From NCBI RefSeq assembly GCF_021869535.1, contig NW_026262734.1:9672001-9736000 (forward strand): a stretch of 64,000 bases of DNA, read 5' to 3'. Every line of letters starts with the position of its first letter. Within the stretch, counting starts at the first letter, position 1. Below are positions 35,801 to 49,720 of the stretch, piece after piece. Made by a program: the position numbers and the translations under genes. The notes under the pieces are model-generated. The model saw only the letters and a list, made by a program, of their open reading frames with translations, was not told where the DNA came from and did not search any database. This stretch comes from Mytilus californianus. Its lineage: Eukaryota.

Positions 35801-38800
35801 GAATTGTCACTATATCTGTAAATTTCTTATTTTCCATCTAACATTTCCAAATATTTCTGTTCACAGCTACCAGGAGAAAACAATCTTTCGAGAAGTTCTA
35901 GTCCAAAACCAGTCCCTAGCCCTCGGAATAGCCCAAGGGTTAGTCCCAAGGTAACAAGAGCTTCAACACCTAGAGGAAACAGCACCGTAGATTCTAGTCT
36001 GGTCAGCGTTACACCAAGGAGTACTATGAATGATATATCAAGCTTTATGCAGACGCCTCATAGCATGGACTATAGTACCATGTCAGCAACGAGCTATCTA
36101 CGACCGAAGCCACCACTGCAAAGCTTCAGTGTAAGATTACTTTTAAATGTTCTCTTTTCACATCGTTTTTAAAAGTCTTTCGAAAATTCTTTACACAAAC
36201 ATGCACGTTTGACGGGCTTCTATAACTACCTATTGCATGTTCAAGAACGGGTTCATTGGCAATTTCGCTGGTCAAGAATCTTGCATGCGTTTCAGATAAC
36301 TTTCAAATATACTACCCAGGGCGAATTTGTCAGGCTATACTAATTTCTACCGGATGCGTTAAGTACTAGAAAAATGTGCCCTTACATAAAAAATAGATAT
36401 AGAATATTTTCACTTGACTGTCTTTTGACCTTTTGCGACTAAAGGATTTTTTATAAAGAATAACACATTATGGAGAAGTATATACTTTTTAAATTATTTT
36501 TGGTTATACTCGTGCATAGATTCAAAATTATATTGCATTTGGTGATAGGACAGGTATCATGAATTAAGTTACGATAATGCTAAAACAGTTGACAATACAC
36601 TACCTATATCATAAATAAACTCGTCATAGATACCAGGGTTAAACTTGTGAAGGTCAGACGCGCGTTTCGTCTACACAAGACTCATCAGTGGCTCTCGAAT
36701 AAATAAATAGCCAAGTAAAATACGAAGTTGAAGATATGATAGTCATGTGATAAAGAACTTTGAAGCGACTAATTCCATGACTATTTTTTGTTGTTCTTTT
36801 CGCTTAATAGTGTGTATTGTAAGATTTTCTTACATTTCAGGACTTTGAAACCAGTGGTGTTTTCCAAGGTCAGTTCATTTTAGAACAGAGGCACAGAGAA
36901 GAGGAAGAACGATTACAAAGATTTTTATTGGAAGAGAGAGAAAAAGAGATGAGAAGGTTGGATGAAACCATTGGTTACGAAAAAGAAAGAGCAGCTTCCG
37001 AGCTTCTGTCAAGTTTTGAGCAGATGTCACTTTCGGGAAGTACCCCTAATTTAATGGCTGAGAGGGAAAGAATAGAAGAACATTTCAGACGTATGAGAGA
37101 AGAAAAACTGAAAACAATGATGGACAAAATATCAACAGAGGAGAAAACTAGAACAGCAAAGATGCTGGATCGTCATGGATTCGAAATGATGCTCTTGATT
37201 TCGGAGAAGGTACGTACATATTTAAATTTACAAGAAGGGATATATAATGAATGTACCCTTACACAGTCAATTAATATGCTGTATAAAGTAGAAAACAACA
37301 TATCTATAAAAACTATATGTTGTTAATCTTAAGTGAGTACTAGATGATTCTGTATATAAGGGAAAACGTATAGGCAAAAAACACAATATCAATTGCAAAA
37401 GAAAAATACCCCATGCAGAAGTACTAGTGCATATGGATGGATACCCCATATCCTTTGTTTTTCTATTGTATCAAAGGATTTGTGCTGGTTTTTATCTGAA
37501 TAGTTGCTGAAAAATGTTCATTGATATATTACAGGGTCGAAGTATAAAAATATTTTTATTGATTATCTAGTCACATTATTCAGAGGAAACTTTTCTATTT
37601 TTTTCTGTCAGAGTCTAATTTTAAGTAGTTTACTTTATTTTAATATTTGTTTAACAGGACAAGGAATTTGACAGAACAGCTATATATGACCATTCAATGA
37701 AACCTGCAACAATGTCCCCAGAAACAAAGAAAGGGGAACTGTACAAGTCACCTGAAGTTTTTGAACAGTTGGATAAACGTGCTATCGAGGTAAAACGCTT
37801 TGAATAATTTTTTTTATTCAAATATAGTGAATATAAAGAATAACAATATAGGAAGATAGAGATGATACTGCTAATTACTGTAAACACATAATCAGATTTT
37901 TGGTGGACGTTTCGTTTCCGAGGGTATCACAAGCCCAGTATTCAGTACTTGTATTGCCATGAAATATCATTGATATGTTCATTATTGTGTTAATTTATTA
38001 TTTATAAAAAGATGAAGGTTTTTCTATTCCCAGGCCTAGATTGCCATAACCATTTTTGGCACAATTTGTAGGAATTGTCGGCTGTTAATAATCTCCAACT
38101 TCTTATTTGATTTGGCCTTTCATCTGTTTTGATTCGAGCGCCACTGATGAGTCTTATTAAGATTAAACTCATGGTTGGCGTATCAAATTATAAGCCTGGT
38201 ATCTTTGATGAATTTTGTTATCGTTTGTAGTGTGCCAATCAAGACTACAGTTCCTTTACAGATTTAATCAAAGATTTGACACGTGAATGTGAAACTGAAC
38301 TTGAAAAGGCTAGGTTTGTATATAAAAAGATTTGTAAGAGCACTATGTGGAAAGAAACAATAAAAAGAATTTGAAATATTAAAGCATTTCAAACGAATTT
38401 CAAAATTTGAATAGCCCCAAATTAAGAGTAAAAATATATGTTTCGATTGATAATTCCCTGTGTTTGTAAAAACGATTCATATGAATGAAGAACAACACAT
38501 TTTAGCAAAAAATAGATACCTTTTAAAATATTAAAATAAATGGTAACTGAAATCTAGTACATGTATTTGAAATCCTTTGTGATTTCATTAAGTGAATCTA
38601 TTTACTAAAAGATTAGTAGAATTAAAATATGTGAATGAATTACTGTGTTTTTTTATGGGTTTAATATTAAATCAGTGAATCCAGGAAATATCAATGCATT
38701 TTACAAAAATATAGTGAATGTTATTATGAATAATCTCGAATGAATTATAAATTAAATAGTCAAATTTACTGAAAATATCAACTGAACAAAACCCTTTAGT

Positions 38801-41032
38801 TCTTCAGCACTGTTCAATGAAGACACAATTTATTAAAACTATGATTTTTCAGAGTGATATTCCGATGGGTGATAGCCAAAGATCTGAGTAAACACAATGT
38901 TAATGAAATAATCAGACCAAATATGCAAGCTATGACATTGCTAAAAGGAGTACGAAGTGGTAAAGAGACTTATCATCAACTCTTTAAAAAACTTTGCAAG
39001 TAAGTTTATCAGGATCATTTTTAAATTAGATAAAATCAATCAAATGAGCTTTATTTAAAAAGTCAATAAGAGTAGTAACATTACAATATTATTCGCATTG
39101 TGCTTTTGAACCCCATAAGACATTCATGCAAATAATCATTACACAGGATGCAACAAATACATGCAAATCATAGACAGATATAAAAATAAGGAGATGTGCT
39201 ATGATTGCCAATCAGAAAACTCTCCACCAGAGACCAAATGACATAGAGAAAATCATATTTACAATAAAAAGCAAAAATAAAGTACACAAACATAAAAATA
39301 AGACGATGTGGTATGGTACGATCGCCATTATGACAACAATCCACCAGAGACCAAATGACTTAGAAGTCAGCAATTATATGTCATAAAAAAAACCTTCAAA
39401 AAACAATGAGAAAAACCCATACTCGCATTTTGAATATACTGAGCACATAAATCATAGAAAGCTCATTTAAATATTCAAAGTACATTTCAATATTCAAAGC
39501 ACATACCTTTTATAAGCTCTGATCACTTGTCCTGCTTTTGGCTATACTTTTTGTTTTTTGGTTTATAGACTTTTTTTTTATCGGTTTTGGATTTTCAAAT
39601 ATTTTGGTCACAGTCACACCAGTTTATATTTTTGCAAAGTTAAACATATTCTCAAACTAATTTAAAACCATTTTTCAGTTTTGCAGGACTGCATTGTGAA
39701 ATTATTTTGGGATATTCCAAAGGTGCCGGTTACAAACCAGGAATGAAAATGGACAGTGGGACGTTCAGGAATTCATGGACAGCGGTAGCAATCGATGGAA
39801 ACTGGCGCTTTGTTAACTGCACGTGGGCGGCTCGTCATGTGACAGGTCATAAAGATGACTTGCCTGAAATGTTTCACAAATATGACGAATTTTATTTTTT
39901 GACTGACCCAGAGGATTATATTTATCAACATTATCCAGATGATGCATCATGGCAACTGCTAGACATACCACTTCCTTTTTCGGAATTTATTAGTTTACCG
40001 GTTGTTAAGTCTCCATTTTTTAATTACGGGTTAAAATTTTATTCAAATTATGGAGGAACTTTGACAACTGATACAGGAATGGTAGAAGTAAGAGTTGTGG
40101 CTCCGAAAATTTTAGGTTTTGGATCCTTATTAGAGTCTTATGACAAATCTGTTGAAGCGAGGTTACTTGAAGGTCGAATACTGCTCCGTCATGTGAAAAA
40201 CGAAGTGATATTTACTATCAATTTACCAAGACGGGGACTATATTATTTTTCTATTTACACTGGTGATTATTGGCATTCAGAATGTTTAGAAAGTGCTTGT
40301 TCTTTTCTTGTAAACTGTACTCGTATCATAGGCGAACCTGCCCCTGCGTATCCCCCGGTTCCGTTTTATGGACCAACTCCAGTAATGGAGAATCTTAATA
40401 TATCTTGTGAAAACCAAGTAGATCCGCTGATCGTATCAAATGGACAGAATTTGGAAATAATATTTAAACTTAACAAGGAAAACAAAATAACACACACTTT
40501 TCAGTTTTATGATACAAGTGACGAATCAGTAACCGACATTGACCGCTACGTATTTCTTAGGTCAAGGACGGACACACATGCAACTTATATGATTCGTTGT
40601 CCAAGGGATGGATACTACATATTTTCGCTCTATGCGTCAAGTTCTGACAAGGAAGGCCAGACTTTAGATTGTGCATATCGTTATCTTATAATAAATCAGG
40701 AGGCTAACCCGAACGTAACTGTGTTCCCTAAAACCTACCATCGATGGCAAAGGTGCACCCTTCACGAGCCAGTGTCAGGTGACTTGATGACAAACAAACG
40801 ATACATGTTTAGACTGGACGTACCACAAGCAGTGGAAGTGTTCCTAGTGATAGGAGAAATTTGGTATCATTTAAAACGGAAGTTAGGATTCACCTGGGAA
40901 GGAAATATAAATACCGGAAAAACACGTGGAACAGCAAAAATATATGCTAGGTTTACAGCAGAAAGAGATGCTTCAATTTTTGCTCATTTGTTGGACTTTG
41001 AACTTGTAGATGATGGTGAAACGGAAATATGA
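29855..41032 (+). CDS. Hillarin / ltd-1 / kyphoscoliosis-peptidase-like protein: N-terminal LIM domain, coiled-coil, transglutaminase-like core; 7 coding exons, ~919 aa
   Basis: Exons: 29855-30265 (alternative in-frame ATG at 29837), 35867-36130, 36841-37209, 37658-37789, 38231-38313, 38853-38999, 39679-41032. All junctions are GT-AG with consistent phases; total 2760 nt. LIM pattern CYRC...HKQCFRCRIC...CKSH, followed by EKARVIFRWV, LFKKLCNFAGLHCEIILGYSKGAGYKPG, NSWTAVAIDGNWRFVNCTW and YDEFYFLTDPEDYIYQHYP. Confidence 0.88.
34725..34910 (+). mobile_element. Decayed tRNA-derived SINE
   Basis: Shares the core AAATTGGTATTTG..GCTT...GTAAGAGCAAAGAC...CTCG..TCAG with the copy at 41657-41890. Confidence 0.45.
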
Positions 41033-41656
41033 TCTACCACATAATTCTGCTACAGAACTTTTAAATTAATATTCACCAAAGTTGTGCAATTTATTAATAG
41101 TTTTAATCGAGTTAATCAAATAACTTTAAAATGCCAAAAATGAAACTAATGAGGTGTAAAATTTTCATGCAACTTGTAACAAGAAGACCAAAAATCAAGT
41201 GACGTTAAATATTTTATTGCAGTTTACATGCACTTGCAGAAGTTACAATGATTTTTCAGCGCACTATTTCAGCAAATTGTTGCAAGTACAGGTATGAAAA
41301 TTAAGAATTTTGAGTTAAAACATGTTCAAGCATTGCTAGCAGTAATCAAATTGTTACCTTCTGTTCAATAAAGATAAATAGTGCTATTTATATTCTTACA
41401 AAAGTATATACACTTAATGCAATCATTTAATGCAGGATGTTGTCTTGATATTGTTATTAAAATAAATGTGCTTAATTTATTAAATGGCAGCTTCGCTAAT
41501 GTTGGTTATTATATTATGGAATTAAATTTATATGTAATATGATTGTTATATTTTTCAATCAGCACATACAGCTGGCCCAATATGTATCTGAAACTGAAAT
41601 TCCAGTGATAAACAAAGAAAGGGGAAAAAAAGAAATCATTTTGTTTATTTTGAACT

Positions 41657-41890
41657 GCCTCGATGGTCTCAAGTCTGCGGTTCGATCCCCGACCGACATG
41701 GAAATTTGTATTTGCTGCTTTACCCGCTAGCCATTCGGCATTATGGAGTAGGAGCAAAGACTGGTAGTCTCGGAGTCAGAATAATATGTCCGGTTAGTGC
41801 CGGTGACATATCTTCTTGCAGAATGTGTGTTACCTTGTGAAATAGCACGTTAAAAATACAACTTGGTGTATCGGTACGCAGCAGGGCTCA
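41657..41890 (+). mobile_element. tRNA-derived SINE remnant
   Basis: B-box-like GGTTCGATCCC at 41679-41689, followed by the core GTATTTGCTGCTT...GGAGCAAAGACTGG...CTCGGAGTCAGAATAATATGTCCG. Confidence 0.55.
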
Positions 41891-42839
41891 TATTCAGGAT
41901 GACAATAAACACAACAAGGTTGCTAAGATTAAACTATGATATATTGTATGTATTTCTACCTTCACGAAGCCTGACTCTTCTGTACATTCTAAACCATATA
42001 AAGTAAGTAAGAAAGTAAGTGCTTATATACAGTGACTTGTGAACATGAAACAAATCATAATACATTAATAAATTAAAAAGGTTTGTTTTCAATGTAACCC
42101 CGAACATTGGACATATAAGTCAACTTTTGACGAAAACAGTAGTGTTTAATGAAGAATAGGACCAATACATGTATATCCAAAGTCTTTGGTTTTTGAGAAT
42201 TTTAGCAATCATATTTCCGTTTGCTCGGCCACCACTTTTCGCAAGGACATTCATATTCGATAAAACAACTGTTGTTGTAGTAAAATGTTAAACCTATGTA
42301 CATGTACTGATCAACTACAAATAATTTTAACACTTTTTTTTACCAATGTTGGAGTTTCATACAGATATCAGATTCATGTCCTACGTACTTCGCTGAAAAG
42401 CACGCTGATTCCACACAGAAAAACATCAACGTGACATTTCAAACATACTGGATTTTTTTTTTATGGACGATACATTTTGTTAATCTTCCTGCAAGAAATT
42501 GGTATTCCAATTTGTAGTAAATATGCGCCTCAAGTGTTCATTTACTCATATATTTAGCATTTGTCGCAAATCCTTAAAGACACGAAGGTTAACTTCTGTT
42601 AAGACAACATTCAGAACTCCGATTGAAGCAACGTGTGAACTTCAAACTTTATTGTGGAAATCATGCGGGGAAACAATACCTGACAAACAAGTTCCCCTCC
42701 TAGTGCAACAATAAAAAACCTTTTGACTAATTACACAAGTAGACTTGGCCTATATTGTTTAAAAAGGGCCATATTATACTTTACTACACTATACCACTAA
42801 CAAAAAGTTCTCTTAAACTTTAAATTAGGATGCTTGATT

Positions 42840-43460
42840 TTTTACATTCACAACATGCAACAGACAGTCGGCATTCATATTGGAACCAAATTAGCTACTC
42901 TTCTCGCCGATTTGTTCCTTTATCTGTATGACGCAGAAAGGTTACGAAGGATTCGTAAAGAACAAACAGATGTCAGCATTATCTTTTAACCTCATGTTCC
43001 GCTACAAATTGGTGATCTAAAAAAAAATTTGGTGGCTTAATTGACTATATGTATTCAATTGAACATGAAATACAGTAGAACACATATACATTTAGGTCTG
43101 CTTCGTACATTGACCGTATATAGAAATTGATAGTAAAGTCTGTTGAGAACTTATCTGTGTGCATAAGGGATAACTTGAACTTTCTAAATGGGAACTTGAC
43201 ATGTTTATGTAGCAGGACATCCATAGGTGATTACTGATAACGCTCTAAAGAAGCTTTAGAACTAAGAATATTTAATGGTAATGTAATTTCTTCGACAGTT
43301 TACGAACGTACTCATGATTTGGTTGATTGTTATGGAATATATGTCACATGTGACCACAGATATATTACGTTTAGACTAATTAACAGATGTATGTTAAGAA
43401 AGAAAAACACGACGGACGACACTAGTGAAAAGGAACTCTTTCTGAAGCACCTGAGTTTCC
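42840..43460 (+). mobile_element. Decayed Penelope-like RT fragment
   Basis: QQTVGIHIGTKLATLLADLFLYLYDA (a degenerate GIPMGTNCAPLLADLFLY), followed by frameshifted downstream motifs. Confidence 0.6.
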
Positions 43461-43504
43461 TACCTGTTTATTTGGCGAGTTTTGAGTTTTCTTTTTAGTG
43501 TAAG

Positions 43505-44050
43505 TCTTGTAATTTTGGTCTCGCCAAACGAAAACGAATGTCGCAAAGCTAGACTTGGGTATTGCTTTTCCGGCGGCAGCGACAGCGGAGGAGGATGTGT
43601 CAACAATTGTTAAGTGTTCTGTTAAAATCTATGATATTTTGTATAAAGCTGCATTATTATCAGTACATATCAGTTTGACGGCTTTTTCGAAGTCCTGTCC
43701 CCTAGGTCAAGGTCCTGCGAATTTCAATTGATAAGCAATTTTCAATGTTAAATTTTCTGCTTAAGTTAGTTTGATAGGAACTACTTGTGATAGATCAATG
43801 ACGTTTTGAATAATGTTGCATAACTATCATCACAATTCAGTTTGACGGTATTTTCCAAGCCCTGTCCCCTAGGTCAAGGTCCAGCGACTTTCAATTAATA
43901 AGCAATTTTCAATGTAAAGTTTTCTGCTTAAGTTAGTTTGAAAGGAACTACCTGTGATAGATCAACGATATTTTCTATAAAGCTGCATTACTGTCGGTAC
44001 ATATCAGTTTGACGACTATTTTGAGACCCTGTCCCAAATGTCATGGTCCA
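43505..44050 (+). mobile_element. HINE-like remnant with three internal repeats
   Basis: 5' TTTTGGTCTCGCC...CCGGCGGCAGCGAC end; CCTGTCCCCTAGGTCAAGGTCC is repeated near 43694 and 43860, with a degenerate copy near 44027. Confidence 0.45.
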
Positions 44051-44689
44051 GCTACTTTGGATTGTTTTAATGTTGCTATCCATCTGATTGTTTTTTTTTC
44101 GAATTGTCTGCAGACAGGCGGGACATATCTCTGTATAAACAGTTAATTCTTTTGGACAGGACTATGTCAGTTCTTCTTTGACATATTTTTATTTTGGTTG
44201 CACTGGAATATCTTTTTAAATTTTTTTAAAGATATATACTTCATTTGCTGGTGCTACTGGAATATTGTTACATAAACATATAAAGTTCATAATGGGAAAA
44301 TGAAGATTCATGTCTTATGTCATAAAAATAGACTAAACAGTTTTAGCTGAACGTTAAGTATAAATCAAATTAGAGGCAACCAACAGTAGTAAACCAATAT
44401 TAAAATCTCTTTTACCCATGAAGAAAATACAAATCAAGGTAAAAAAAAAACAGTGAATCGCATGAACTCCTAAAAAGAGCGAGACCAAATGCGTCAACAG
44501 GATGAGCGTCTCTTGCTATGCTTGTTTCACCCGCCATGCGAATCCACACTCAATCAAAATGTCACAATCGGTTAATTTACAGATTGGACTACTATTCTGC
44601 TTCAAAAAGATCTAAGATCGCGAAAACTTGTCGCTTACGAGTTGAGACACAGATACATCATATCCGTCAACCAAATCGTGATGATGACC

Positions 44690-45320
44690 GTAAAACTTAC
44701 GTAGTGTTGTTTTCAGTCTTTCAGTAGAATACCCCTGCTAATGTAGTTCATATAGTGTGAAGATGCACCAGGTAATGTTTTAGTTGAGAAATATAAACAT
44801 CATACGTTGGAGCAGACGACACGCTGCTGTAGAGAAATGGAAAATTTACAATTGGAAAGTTGAAATCATCAAGTCTGTCATAGTAACTAATTTGATGTCG
44901 TCCATTTGTGTCATTATGAAGGAACAAATATATCAAGTAGACTTTTTTCTTCCGGTAGTTTCATCCTAAGATCACTGGAATATATGAGATGCAAGCATTC
45001 ACTGCAATATTGGTTATTCGCTTAGTGAGTAACAGGACGTCATCACTGTATCTGAAAGAGAAATTAAAGAACTTTACAAGATGCCATTTCTTTGAGAGGG
45101 TTTTGTAATAATTGTTCTTCATATGTGTACCATAACAAGTCGTTCTGTTGGGATGAACAATTAGTGCCCATTGGAATACCGACTATCTTTTGAAATATCA
45201 GTCTATCAAACTCAACAAATATGTCGTCGATCAAAACGTCAAGCATTTTGATGATATCGCGTAACAACATTAACGGTAATATCTTTACTACACCAGATGC
45301 GCATTTCGACAATTAATGTC
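44690..45320 (-). mobile_element. Decayed Penelope-like RT fragment
   Basis: LIDDIFVEFDRLIFQKIVGIPMGTNCS and YDRLDDFNFPIVNFPFLYSSVSSAPTYDVYISQL. Confidence 0.7.
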
Positions 45321-46219
45321 TCTTCAGTGATGCTTAATGACGGAATATTTGGAAATCCAAAACCTAATAAAAACATTAAAGAGCTGATCAAACAAAAAAC
45401 GACATAAAGTATAGCCTAAGCTGGACACGACAGGGCTGTGCATGAGGGAGATAAATTTCTTAATTCTAAATGATTTCAAAACTTTATAACAACAAATTTT
45501 AATGAAACAATATCCGTATTCGCTACTGGGTTGGTGATAACCTCATGGACTAACAGTCCATCAGCAGGGGTATCGACCTTCGGTGTATTTGTTGTTATGA
45601 TCAGTGTGGTTCTTCACAAAGTTAGATTTTTCATGATCTTAAACAAGGAATGTGTATGTACGATTACCATTGTTGAAGAAAAAACTGTTTAATGAGAAGT
45701 AGTATTCAATCTTTTAAACATGTTCAGCCGAAAATTTTGACGACCTGGCTATGTATTCTTCACAAGAATTTTCCTGAAATTTAGGTATCCACTATAAAGA
45801 CGGGATATTTGTGTTAAAACTAAACGAGATCCAGAGAAGGACGGACTTTCTATATTAAAAAAATTCCTCTTTCGTGAATGAATTTATATTTGTTTAATTC
45901 AAGTTAATATGGAATAAACAGAAAAGACACAAAAGGTGAAGGTATGATAAGGCCACTTGTTGTTCCCTTAAACTCGAAAATAAGAAGGGGATTATAAATC
46001 TAATAAATATTATTCTGATGTTCTACAAGCACCAAAATGACAAAATGATAGGAATTGGTTTTAATATTTTTGGATTTTGCCTTCATATTAATACTAGGGT
46101 TTTAAACATTTTGCATTTAATGAAAAAATGTAATAACTGCCAATAAAGCCCCTTTATAGGAGTCAAAAGAAAAATACACCGAATATAATATCATAAAGCT
46201 GGACTTTTTTAATCGACAT

Positions 46220-46740
46220 GTTTGTGGATTGAGGTTTCAACAGACTGTCGGCATTCCAGTTGTTACTCCTTGGGCACTTCCACGGTCGACTTGTTCTTGT
46301 ACTTACACGAAGCAGAATACACTAAAACCATCTTAAAGACAAAACAAATCCTTTCTTTAATTTATTTTCAGATATATAAATGATGTCCTTCACTCAATAA
46401 CCCATCATATGGCGTTATCATATCTCAATCGATACGTTCGCTCGTGCATGTTCACATTATATGGACTTCTTTAGAAGGGATGTAATCCTTAACAAAAACT
46501 GCAGTAATGAGGAAGAATGACTAAATCGACCCTACATAAGTGTTATGACGAGCATTACAAAGTGGTTGACAAAAACGATATGTCTGTACCTAACCTTACT
46601 AGCGACATGTTTTCGCAGTCTTAGATCTTTAGATTCCAAAAAAGTTGTCCATTTTGTAAATTTCACCTGTTGTGTCCTATTTCTGATTTTGACTCAAGGG
46701 GCATTCGCATGGCGGGTGTTGGATGCATAGCAGGTCTTGC
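46220..46740 (+). mobile_element. Decayed Penelope-like RT fragment
   Basis: FQQTVGIP...VDLFLYLHEAE and YGVIISQSIRSLVHVH-type remnants (ARACSHY in a shifted frame). Confidence 0.55.
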
Positions 46741-49239
46741 ACCTGTTGGAGTTGATGGGATTCCGTAAGTTTTTGTTTGTCAGCTCGATTCGTCTACTTA
46801 ATCGATGTACGAGATATTAACATCGGTAAACTACTATTGCCTATATTTAGATAGAGGAAAGACCCCACATCCTAAATTATATTAAGCTACAGGATGTCAC
46901 TGTGGGTAAAACATATTGCGTTAAAGCCTTGGCTCATATCGAATTTAGCAAATAGAAATATTAGTAAAATGGTCATTTTAAGACAAATATGTAAATTTTG
47001 AAATGTTAATGATATCATAGTGACTTTTCTGCCCTAAAGTAACCAGATTATTACATCTGTTTATCAATAATATTTACATAATTTAGAAGACTTGAAGAAT
47101 AAACCTTGTTTGCAAATTTAATAGCGAAAAAATGTCTCTTGTCGCATCCCTTCATTTAAGTGTGGGTTGACTCACAGATCGTTGCTTAAAAGATGATGAA
47201 GTAATAGGACCAATTATCGTCTCAATTTTTTTCACATCAAGACCATTATCATTTTTTCAATCTTTATTATTAAAATTTCTTAGTATTTTATCCCGCTTCA
47301 TGTGTCTACTTTACGGTTCTTACAACCTTATGTTTTACTCCATAAAATGAGATGTAAACACAACAAAATACTTAAAGATTGCTCAAACTGCAGATTTGAT
47401 AGTATCAAAAAATTATTACCAGAGACTTTCATAAAAAGAAAAAAAAAACAATTTCGTTTTTAAATCCATGTTCATCTTTTTCAGATACAAATGTGTTCGT
47501 TTTCGTGACAGATGTCCTTCGTTGTCAAGTTTTAACAAACATTTTAAAAGGAGGATGAAGCGTTGAACTCGTATTTGTCGCCTGACATTGCCAAAAGACT
47601 TATCTTTTTTTAGAAAATTTCAAATTCAAGTTAACTCTTGTTGACAAATTTAGTACGGTTTTAGTCTAGTGACTGTAGGAAGTGAATTGTATTTGTGATA
47701 TCACCGTGACACAACAAAGATTCATAATAGACATTTTAATGTACAGTTTTTGCTAAAATTAACAAGGCGCATCAGTTTTGACAAAAAATATATATACAGA
47801 CTCACATTTATGTTTTTGTATAAGACATATTGTGCCAAAGAATCTATTCATAACTAAATATTAATGCAAGGATCTCAAAATGTGGCAAATTTGGTGGTTT
47901 TAAATAATTTTTCCTTTATTGCAGGAAAATCTCATGCAAATAAGTAAGATAAAATGCAAATACAAAATCACTGATATCGGATAGACAAATTGTTTTCCAA
48001 ATAATAAGTCATAGGTAGTAACATAACGCCGTCATATCGAGGAGTGTTAAGAACAGTGATTTGGTCATTACTCCCCTGAAAGATTGCTTGATTAACTATT
48101 TTACGTCAATCTTTTAACATTGAAATTGTAGTTTACGCTAATAAAGCATACTATTGAAAATTGGCATGGTGTTGTTAAGTAATTGACATGGTTCTGTCAT
48201 CAAATTTGTTCTGGTTTAGATCAAAAGTGATACTTATTAGTTTAACGTTATTATTGATTGATTGTTTAAAGGGGTCTGTAAAAAACACAATGTGACATAT
48301 ACCAAAATGACTAATAAAAAAGGAAACCTTTTATCATCTCCAGTTTTAGTGGGGACCGTGTTGCTCAGTCTTTTATTTTCCATGTCGTATTTTGTAGGCT
48401 TATTTGTCTCTTCGTCGTCTTTCGTGGATTACAATAGCTTGTCACTTTCTCTTCAGTTGATGAGTTTTGAATATCTCCTTGGTATCTGCCGCCCTTTTTA
48501 CAATCATTTGATGGAACCAATGCACGAATAGAAGAAGCATGTCTGGATACGTCACGATTAGTCGTCAGCATTGACGTTTGTAGTGGATGTTAAGCTTTGT
48601 CTGTTTTATTTTGTTTTTTGTTCTGTTTGTTTGTTGAAATAAGTACCCTTGAAATTTATAATTTCATGAATTTCTTAAGATGTTTAGAATATTGAATAAA
48701 TGGAGTTGTGAGGTATACGCTAACGACACGGCAACCTGACAATAAAAATAACAAAACAGACAGGTAGAAGGCAACAAACAGTCTGCAGCAATAGATAAAT
48801 ATAATGTATACAATAAGTTAAGCTCTAAATCGTCCCGAGTCTATAGATCCATGCTTATAATTAATGATAAATTAAACAGAAACAAAAAGTATGAACTTGA
48901 TGACATATTTTTGTGCTTGTGTGGAACTCGGACGCCATAACCTAGCGGACACATAAAAAAATAAAACATGGACAACAGTTTAAAACACAACCTTACTAAA
49001 ATTCGGCTAAGAATCTTTAAAAACTATAAAAGTCATCATTTACTAACAATATTCCGCATAAGTAATCCCAATCTATTTAGAATTAGGCAGAAATACAACA
49101 AAACCAAGATATTTTCGCACTTGTTTACTCTCCCAGGTTGTATTGATTTTGTCAACTGTTGAAAAGCTTACATTGCTTTAAAGCAGCAAAATTTATTTTG
49201 AATCATCCAGATCAAAATATCACGTTGCGCAACTTATTC

Positions 49240-49720
49240 TTTACCTAAATAAAGGCAATAGAAGTATATCGGTGTTCAAAAGTCATAAATCGATTGAGAG
49301 AAAACAATTCCGGGTCACAAACTAAAACCGAGGGAAACACATCAACGGAAAACAAAGAAACAACAAGAATACTAAAGTGCAACAAAAAACAAACGCCAAC
49401 ATACATGTCATTAGTTAGTTTAGACACAGACACATCGTATAGATCAACAAATTCGTGATGGTGTCAATTAAAAATTTACGGAGTGTCATTTTTAATCTTT
49501 CCCCCTCATAACTCTGTTGGAGCAGTTTCTGCGTAAGGAGGACAATCCTGTATATGAAGTCAGTATAGTGTGAACATGCACGAGCATAACGTATCAATTG
49601 AGATATGTAAACACCATACGACGGAGCAGAGGGTATGTTACTGCTGAGGAACGGGAAATTGATAATTGGGAAGTTGAAATCAACTAAGTTCTTATTTCAA
49701 AGACCTCTGTTGAAGTTAAG
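49240..49720 (-). mobile_element. Decayed Penelope-like RT thumb fragment and tail
   Basis: FNFPIINFPFLSSNIPSAPSYGVYISQLIRYARACSHYTDFIYR. Confidence 0.7.

Noticed and set aside
38313-39679. Direct splice from exon 5 to the last exon of the hillarin-like gene
   Set aside because: It is in frame but would delete the conserved IFRW...LFKKLC block, which is present as exon 38853-38999.
41657-41700. tRNA gene suggested by GGTTCGATCCC
   Set aside because: No cloverleaf can be built, and the box runs into a SINE body shared with 34725-34910.
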